64,000 bases of DNA, from positions 248,310,001-248,374,000 of the forward strand of contig OZ024742.1 of assembly GCA_964016885.1 (NCBI GenBank). Reading direction: 5' to 3'. The notes under the pieces are model-generated. The model made no database searches. It was not told where the DNA came from and was given only the letters and a program-made list of their open reading frames with translations. The translations under genes were made by a program, and so were the position numbers. This DNA is from Eledone cirrhosa. Taxonomy: Eukaryota. Numbering within the stretch: the stretch's first letter is position 1; each line of letters starts with the position of its first letter. Below, one piece after another: positions 54,921 to 64,000 of this stretch.

Positions 54921-55555
54921 TAGGGTTTCTCTATATTGTTTATACTGTCAGTATTTATAGTATATTGTGGTTATTGTAATTATTGTCTATATCCATATGG
55001 TATATATTATTCTGTTCCCTGTACTTGTTCTGTATATGTTGACTTTGTATATGTTGACTTTGGTCTGAAATTGTTTCTATAATTCCGAGCATGGGGTCTC
55101 TTCACTGTGATGTTTCAATTTCTGTTTTCTGTCGTGTTATTATAAGCATTTTCTTCGTGGGAATTTCTTTTTAGCTGATTCTCCTTTCTTCCTTAACTAT
55201 TTATGTATAACTTGGTTTGGGGTAAATTATGTCCACTGATAGTTTATGTATGTGTTCAAATGGTGTTTGTCGTCTTCGATATTCATTGGTTCGCCTTTTG
55301 TCAAATTTTCTGTCTGCGTTTACTCCATATTGGAATTTTCTTTATCAATAGGTTGGATATAGTGTTTGTGTAGGTTGGATGGTGTCAGCGTAGCTCTTCG
55401 TGCTATTGGTCACACTGTCTTAAGAAATGGGCGTTCTGAGTTGTATTCCATTTTAAATGGTTCCACATGCTGTGAGAACCAGTTTTCGTTTTTCTCTTAT
55501 CTTTATATTATATACATACATACACACACATATATATATATATACACACACACAA

Positions 55556-55626
<71 letters not shown>

Positions 55627-56120
55627 CACACACATATGGAGACTCACATGTGTATGTATATTAATGTATTAATCATATATTCATATGTTCACACACACAG
55701 TAATAAATTACATATATATGAGATCCATCATGTTTCTACACACTTCTAATCATTCTATACATTTACACACCACTACACCTTACGTTAATGTTTCTTATGC
55801 TAATGTTTCTTACACCAATGTCTCTACTGACCGGCGCCATTCTATCCGACTACCATTGTTATTTTTAATCTTTGTGTTTTCTGGTGTTTTAATACCGTCT
55901 AATTGATGATTCTCAAACAGATATGTTCTGCTATGAGAAACTGAGTCTATCTATATATCTATCTATCCATCCATCCATCCATCCATACATCTATCTATCC
56001 ATATATTGTCCGTCTATCTCTCTATCTGTCTCTCTATCTCTTTCTATTTCTCCCTCATTCTCGCACATCCACTCTCACTCGCCACTTCCTCCCTCTCTCT
56101 CTCTCTCTCTCTCTCCCCCC

Positions 56121-56188
<68 letters not shown>

Positions 56189-56434
56189 TTATATATATAT
56201 TTATGTCTATCACTCTCACCACATAAATATTTCATAATTATCAGAGGTAGATAGATATATGAGTAAATAGACAGAAACATAGATATACAGATATATATAT
56301 ATGCAAAAAACTATTTCACGCGTGTTCATATGTGATTGTAAAAGAATATAACATATGGACAAACGATCTCAAACACACACACACATCCAAAACAACAACA
56401 CGCACAGACACACACACTTATATATATATATACA

Positions 56435-56476
<42 letters not shown>

Positions 56477-56689
56477 CATATATATATGTGTGTGTGTATG
56501 TCATTTTTTTTTTATAGGAGTGCATTTTAATATATTTTATAAAATGACATAAACGTATGTTTAATAAATTTCTAATATTTCAGATATTAATCAAACGGGT
56601 GTGAATGTATATTTGTAAATATAAAAATATATTTGAAATATTATTTACTTTATCATTGCACGCGAATATAACCGAGGGCTAGTACCTAC

Positions 56690-57340
56690 CTGTGTTGAAT
56701 ATTAAGAAGTATTTTGTAGTTTAAGAGAAATCTGTTCCAGTTTAACAGACGTATTGGTACACCGTAACAATATCTGCGATGTTAATGCAGTTATAAGCAG
56801 ATGGAAGACAGAATATGGGTCTGTCTGTTTTAAGGTTTACTATTTTTCAGTCTACAGTAGGCGTGTCAGGGTTGACTCTGAACCATTCACAATCTTATTA
56901 TTAATTTCTCCTGGTAATTTATATATATCCCTGTTAGAAATATCGATTATAAGTTTGGTAACTTATCATGTGCTAGTTGGTGCCTTCCAATTATTTTGCT
57001 TTACTTTTTAGTGTCAGTGTTACATTTTGTGTTTTCATGAGCTCCCTCAATTCTTCTGATGCTGTATTCCTTATTACTCAAACTATCAACCACACAATTC
57101 TTCTACAACGAGTGGCATTCATACAACGTTGATCTTTAACTAGTTCTTCATGAAATTATTTTGCTTTGAATTTAAGAGATTTATTTTATTGAAATCTTAA
57201 TGGAAGTCTCACCGGTTCCATGACTACCAACGTTATATTTCTAAACTCAAGAAAGCGTTTAAATATAAGTCAGAAAGCAGAGGCAACGGCGAAGATTTCC
57301 AGCTAGATCCTGTCAACAAATACCCATACAATTTAAATAT
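56690..57340 (-). mobile_element. Possible decayed PLE GIY-YIG region
   Basis: Faint remnants (YECH, RRIEG, IIGRH) on the minus strand; many stops. Confidence 0.3.
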
Positions 57341-57614
57341 ACATGTCTCCGATAACAACATATCGAAATGTGAGCAGATTAGAAACCGGAAATCATAAAC
57401 TTGATGCGTACACATCCCCCGTAAAGTGTAAGAACTTAAGGCTCTAAACACTTAATTGGGAGAGGGGTTCCTTCTGCGAAGACCTTCTGCTGACTAGCTC
57501 ACATGAAACTTTGTTACCACATGTCACTTTAGATTTCATGCTTTCTTCAAATTTAGTTATTCTATGTTTTATCATATTTCATTACTATTTATTCAAAACC
57601 AAAAAACAAACCCT

Positions 57615-57900
57615 TATTTAGTAAGAAAAAAAAGGGTGGCAAAGAAAGAAGAAAAGGAACGGGAAAGGGAGGGGATAGCAAGAGCTCTGGTGTCGCAGAA
57701 GAGAGGGGAGAGGTGATGGGGAGGGTTACTGGGCTTTGGGCCAAGGGCAAAGGGCCGGGGCAAAGGGCGAAGAAGGCAAAAGTATTTCCCCAGACGATGG
57801 CCAGTGACACCCACTGCAACACCCACCCAACCTCGTGGAGCTCCCTCCTGAGACGGGCCGCCGACGGTCCGATCTTGCGAAGGAGTTCGGCAGTACGATG
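57615..57900 (-). mobile_element. 3' end of a CRE-like RLE non-LTR retrotransposon
   Basis: ELLRKIGPSAARLRRELHEVGWVLQWVSLAIVWGNTFA resembles the CRE C-terminal motif (L.QR.S.A..RGN); GC-rich island. Confidence 0.55.
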
Positions 57901-58316
57901 TCCCTTTCTCGTTGTCTTTTCGCTAATGATTCTATTACTGATTGATAAATACTTTCTTTTATTTCCTCTGTTTTTTAGCTTTGTCGTGTTTCTAACATCG
58001 GCTTTGTTATTACGGTATGCATAATTCCGAGGGAGAAACACTTTCTCTTTTAAATGTCGTGTTGCAGCATATAATATTGCGTATATGTAGGTATTCATTA
58101 CGTTAGTGATGGGTAGATTTGTGGATTCATTCTTTTGATATATCAAATTTAGAATATACATTTGTTGGTCTGTTACATGCAGTTTTAGAATTTCCTATTT
58201 GTAAATTCTTTTTACGTTTGATTTCTTTTTAAAAAAACATGATTTGGATTCCGTTGTTATCCTTCGGCAAAATCATATATATTTTACGTCATACTTTCAT
58301 ATTCATGCATATACAA

Positions 58317-58431
<115 letters not shown>

Positions 58432-58721
58432 GAGAGCGGGAGAGAATTAGAATTTAGCTTCGAGCATAGCTGTATACAGATTGTATTGGAATATCTTATT
58501 TATAAAGAAATACGGTATGTTTATATACATTTAAGTTTGGTGATTGAATCTTGGTGGCGTGACAACGAAGTTAATTATTATAGCCTCTTGAATTGTGTTT
58601 ACCATTCTTCCTTTATTATATAACCATTATGCAATGTACACGTGTTGTTATCACCAGGATCTTACGTAACCTGGAATAAATCTTTGAAGGAATATCACCA
58701 GCCCGGCCTCCTATCATTATA

Positions 58722-59285
58722 TATTGGCAGTATCGGTGGAGGGTCGGACACCATGCTTTCCAGCATAGTTACGTCCCTTTACGATCTGAGTTCAAATCCC
58801 GCCGAGGTTGACTTTGCCTTTCATCCTTACGGGGTCGATAAAATAAAATACCAGTAATGCACTGGGTAATTGCTGGCCTTGTGCCTAACGTAGAAACAAT
58901 TATATATTGGCAGTATAGGGCGGTGGATTGGCAGTATCGGTAGAGGGTCAGACACCATGCTTTCCAGCATAGTTACGTCCCTTTACGATCTGAGTTCAAA
59001 TCCCGCCGAGGTTGACTTTGCCTTTCATCCTTACGAGGTCGATAAAATAAAGTACCAGTAATGCACTGGGATAATTGATGGCCTTGTGCCAAAAGTAGAA
59101 ACAATTATATATTGGCAGTATCGGTAGAGGGTCGGGTGCCATGCTTTCCAGCATAGTTACGTCCCTTAACGATCTGAGTTCAAATCCCGCTGAGGTTGAC
59201 TTTGCCCTTCATCCTTACGGGGTCGATAAAATAAAGTACCAGTAATACACTGGGTATTTGCTGGCCTTGTGCCAAAAGTAGAAAC

Positions 59286-59290
<5 letters not shown>
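58722..59290 (+). mobile_element. Three head-to-tail tRNA-derived SINE copies
   Basis: Units start near 58722, 58918 and 59110; junction attatatattggcagtat repeated. Confidence 0.9.
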
Positions 59291-59355
<65 letters not shown>

Positions 59356-59466
59356 TAGGAGGAAAATAACTGCCTACAACTTAAGTCAGTTGCTAAAACT
59401 AGGCTTATAAATTCGGGCAAGAATAACAATCCCGGTATGTCTCTCTCTATATATATATATATAAAT

Positions 59467-61876
59467 GATGTTGGATGCTTATAGCATCCGTATGCGGTAG
59501 GCCGTATGAGCACTCAATGAACTCGTAGAGCAGAGTATGATATCACAGTCAAAAGAGAATCAGTGTTGCGACGAAAGGAATTTATTGGACATATTACAAA
59601 TGTTACTCGGGCGACCAAATTGAGGCACGATCGATATGATGAGCACACCTGAGTCTGAAACCAACACGGTCGTCAGATACGTCTCGATTCTACGAACCAT
59701 ATTTTCCTATCGTCCTCTAACATCGAATTTCTTCGTTAGTTGATTTAGATCCTGCTGTCGTGATTCCATGAGTGGTCAAGAATTGTACACGCCATCGGTA
59801 TTTCTAGCCACTCATGGTTGCCCTCTTGTTGCTACCTCCCGTTCTCCATCTGTCAATCAAAATTTCATCATTTATCAAAATTACTACTGTGGTGGGAAAG
59901 GGGCTGTGATCTTGAAAGGCTGGCATCACTTCGTCGTCTTCATTGCCCCTAGGCGCCTTAGTCTACATCTGTCAAGTACACACCCACAATTATGCTGTAT
60001 GCGGCATTCATAAAAAATAATCTTTTGCAGGAATTATTTAAAAAAAAAACAATCATGAGGATATTTAGAGTAATATTTGTAGGACACAGCCTTAGGATAC
60101 ACTCCGCCATACATATTTCAAAAAGAAAAGAGAAAGGAAAAGAAAGAACCTGTAGCAAGAACGTTTTTTTTAAATAAAAAAAAGTTTTTAAAAGAAAGTT
60201 TTCAAAAGCCATTCAAATGGAATGGCTATATCAAATGTGTTTTCAACAAATAGACCCAATTCTACACTCACACTCTGGACTCAGGGAGCGTGCGTAGCCA
60301 AGACGCCGCACACATATATAGGCAGATGGGAAAAGAAATATCCATGGAAAGTCATCCGTACCTCCACGTATACATGCTCAGACAAATACATCGACCCATG
60401 CACACACCCGAACTCATGCATGTCTGTGTGGTCACACCCGCGTTCTCCCACACCGGATGCATATACTTGATGAGTACCCCCCCCCACCAACCGTCCACTC
60501 ACGCGCCACTGCGCATATGGTGCACACAGTATTACATGAGACAACGCATGTGAGGCCTTGACTTAACCTAATCACGTGGCGGTGTGAGTCTGAGGGTCCC
60601 TGCACAATATGCCTGCATGTTACGGCAGCACAATATCCCTGCACTAATCGCATATAGCGTGGGTGGCACATATAGACAAAAATAACCTGTATGCATATAA
60701 TATAATATAATGAAATAGCATAATAAAAGAATTGTTTCTACTTTACGCACAAGGCCAGCAAACCACCAGTGCATTACTGGTACTTAATTTTATCGACCCC
60801 GTAGGGATGAAAGACAAAGTCAACCTCGGCATAAAATAAAATAAGATAAAATACAATAAAATAAAATACTGGAAAGAGAGAATGCATACATGACAAGGAT
60901 GCAGTGGGGTTCCGGAGCTCCCTCAACTGTACCCTAGGGACCACAACACATACGGACCGAACAGTAATAACTAAACAGTGTGCCCACACAGACATGCATG
61001 AGTTCGGGTGTGTGCATGGGTCGATGTATTTGTCTGAGCATATATGCGTGGGCGTACGGATGACTCTCCATGGATATTTCTTTTCCCATCTGCCTATATA
61101 TGTGTGCGGCGTCTTGGCTACGCACGCTCCCTGAGTCCAGAGTGTGAGTGTAGAATTGGGTCTATTTGTTGAAAACACATTTGATATAGCCATTCCGTTT
61201 GAATGGCTTTTGAAAACTTTCTTTTAAAAACTTTTTTTTCTTTTAATAAGACGTTCTTGCTACAGGTTCTTTCTTTTTCTTTTTCCTTTTCTTTTTGAAA
61301 TATGTAAGGCGGAGTGTATCCTAAGGCTGTGACCTATAAATGTTACTCTAAATATCCTCATGATTGTTTTTTTTTAAAATAAATCCTGCAAAAGATTATT
61401 TTTTATGAATGCCGCATACAGCATAATTGTGGGTGTGTACTTGACAGATGTAGGCTAAGGCGCCTAGGGGCAATGAAGACGCCGAAGTGATGCCAGCAGT
61501 TCAAGATCACAGCCCCTTTCCCACCACAGTAGTAATTTTGATAAATGATGAAATTTTGATTGGCTGGTGGAGAACGAGAGGAAGCAACAAGAGGGCAACC
61601 ATGAGTGGCTAGAAATACCGATGACGTGTACAATTCTTGACCACTCATGGAATCACGACAACAGGATCTAAATCAACAAACGAAGAAATTGGATGTTAGA
61701 GGACGATAGGAAAATATGGTTCGTAGAATCGAGACGTATCTGACGACCGTGTTGATTTCAGAGTCAGGTGTGATCGCCATATCGATCGTGCCTTGAGCTG
61801 GTCGCCTGAGAAACATTTGTAATATGTCCAATAAATTCCTTTCGTCGCAACACTGATTCTCTTTTATCTGTGATAT
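59467..61876. mobile_element. Large foldback element: about 900-bp inverted arms (59540-60437 / 60978-61876), about 540-bp spacer, 70-bp tail, in (TA)n
   Basis: Mirror ORFs in the track (59768+/61648-, 60222+/61193-); arms colinear in reverse complement; SINE fragment 60730-60830 in the spacer. Confidence 0.92.
61733..61828 (+). ncRNA. Hammerhead-like motif in the foldback arm (mirror copy 59588-59683 on minus strand)
   Basis: GACGTAT-CTGACGA-(about 60 nt)-GAAACATTTGTA-ATATGTC; base of stem II not cleanly paired; mirror copy has GTAAC. Confidence 0.55.
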
Positions 61877-61996
61877 ATATATATATGTGTAACTCCTGAA
61901 CTCCACTACTATCTGCCTTTGACACTAATAACAACTATGCACCTTAAATGTTCTAAATGACGAGGATTCTAGTTACACGTTTTCGACATTCCTTAT

Positions 61997-62041
61997 GCTC
62001 CGATCATTCCACACCTCCCTCTGGAAGAAACAATTGTTAGC
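61997..62041 (+). ncRNA. Degenerate hammerhead motif (CCGA-type core)
   Basis: GCT-CCGATCA-TTCCA(CACCTCCCTC)TGGAA-GAAACAATTGTT-AGC. Confidence 0.5.
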
Positions 62042-62082
62042 TAATAAATGTTCTAAATTAAAATTTGATCGTTTTAACACTT

Positions 62083-62158
<76 letters not shown>

Positions 62159-62172
62159 TATATATATATATA

Positions 62173-62438
62173 ATAAACAAGAAAGTCGGTTTCATTTGTC
62201 CACCCCTATCTGTTTTGTTATACATTATTCACTTCGGCGACTAGCAAGTATATGCATGCTAGTCGCCGAAGTGAATAACTCGTATGAACGGTAACATATA
62301 AATGAACATTTACATCTCATGTGGAATTTTGTCTGAATAGAACACGTAAAGCAGATGTTATACAACTGCCATACATCTTCGAAATACGTATAATAAAATA
62401 AATAGGAACGGACAAATGAAACCGTCTTTCTTGTTTAT
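62173..62438. mobile_element. MITE-like element with TIRs and an internal perfect palindrome (Crypton-derivative-like)
   Basis: TIR ataaacaagaaag(t/a)cggtttcatttgtcc; internal 22-bp arms ttattcacttcggcgactagca / tgctagtcgccgaagtgaataa at 62225-62278; TA flanks. Confidence 0.72.
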
Positions 62439-63743
62439 ATATATATATATATCATAATTAAGTTTGTTTTGAAATATCCAGCGAGTTTTAAATAGAAAGA
62501 AAATATTTCGCCATACTTTTTGAGTAAAGAAAATTTGCCTGATAGCGGGGTTTACAACGCTCTTAGAAATCGAAAAATATTAGTACTATTCAATATATAT
62601 ATATAGTGAAAACTATATATATATATATATATGTAGATAAATCTACCAAGAGTTTACGGTAGTGTCCAATCCGTATGAAGAACTCAATGTATTCCGGATA
62701 TCATGGAAAGAAGAGATGTAATGAAAATCCAATTTCGGTGAAAGATAAACGGTATACAGAGTCAAGATAAAATATTAAACAAATAATGAACAAACAATTC
62801 CTTATATTAAACAAAAAAAGTTCACTATTTAACGATCGTTTCTAGGGTATATATGTGTTATAATTGGTATGCATATTTAACAGATCTATGTACAAAATTA
62901 TACAAACTTATACAAATTATCAAGATTAAATATACATACCTAACTCATATATACGCCGTCTTCAGAAATAATGAAGTATATTTATTGATAATAACAACAA
63001 TTCAAAATATCAGTTCAAAATTGACCAATGAAAACACAAAGGGCTAAAAATCAGTTTGGTGTGTGTATATACATGTAAAACCCCACACACATTTTACAAT
63101 AATGTGTGTATAATTTGTATGTGCATACTAAAAAGATGGATGCAAATAAAAAATTTCAAGGTTAATATCTCTGTAAGCTTAATGCGCTGATAAGATACGC
63201 AATGATACTTATGGAGTCAAGCATATAAATATATTTTTTTCATACTCACACATATCAGTATAATCACACATACATGTGCGTATATATATAAATATACACA
63301 TAACCACAAACACACAAACACACACACTCCCCCACTCACATTTATATATGTGGATATAAAATCATAAGCAAATAGAAATTAAGTCACTCACATAAACACA
63401 CTGGTACACACATTTCAAGATCAAGATACAGAAATTAGGTGGGAGGGGGGGGGAGGGGTCAGTATTAGGTTGTCAGACCAGACAGCCTAATATAAATGTA
63501 TCTATAAATTATGAAAAATAAAAAAATAAAAACAATAAAATATAATACATATAATATAATGTACATACGCATACAGATATACATACACATACATACATGT
63601 ACGCGCACATAGAGATATCTACACATACATACATACACACATACCTATACTGTCATACACACACATACATTTACACGAACATACACATACACATATAAAA
63701 AGATATAAATACGGACACACACACGCGCAACACATACACACAT

Positions 63744-63782
<39 letters not shown>

Positions 63783-63937
63783 AAAAGAGCGTTAGCAAAA
63801 GTTCTATACAGATTGCGTAATATAAGAAAAAGTTATAAGTAAAAGGATTTGAAAAGCGTACCTGGCATAGACTGTATATATAAATGATCTTTCTAACTTG
63901 TACAAATCCTTTTTCTTTTATCATTTTCTTTGTATAA

Positions 63938-63973
<36 letters not shown>

Positions 63974-64000
63974 ATACATATATACATGTATATTTATATG

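Noticed and set aside
54920-55500. Possible decayed PLE C-terminal region
   Set aside because: Composition is suggestive but no diagnostic motif is readable
59768-61648. Duplicated small ORFs (MSGQELYT..., MAISNVFS...) as a gene pair
   Set aside because: Mirror images created by the inverted arms; no protein motif

Overview
Eukaryotic, AT-rich, microsatellite-saturated DNA. The SINE and LINE repertoire suggests a coleoid cephalopod, but that is an inference. No host gene exon could be supported, and most ORFs in the track are translated (TA)n/(CA)n/(TAA)n repeats. The window is a stack of retroelements: Penelope-like elements (PLEs; RT + GIY-YIG), two R4/Dong-type RLE LINEs, one apparently full-length Tx1-type LINE plus two sister Tx1 3' ends, RTE LINE fragments, a CRE-like 3' end, a tRNA-derived SINE family and two MITE-like elements. 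The unannotated layer is RNA structure. More than a dozen type I hammerhead ribozyme (HHR) motifs can be read from the sequence. They include a head-to-tail tandem non-coding element with two HHRs 707 nt apart (retrozyme-like, 25097-26319) and several foldback elements whose inversion points fall at or inside the HHR. Different LINE/PLE families appear to partition different microsatellites as targets. All folds were done by eye, and element boundaries are approximate.
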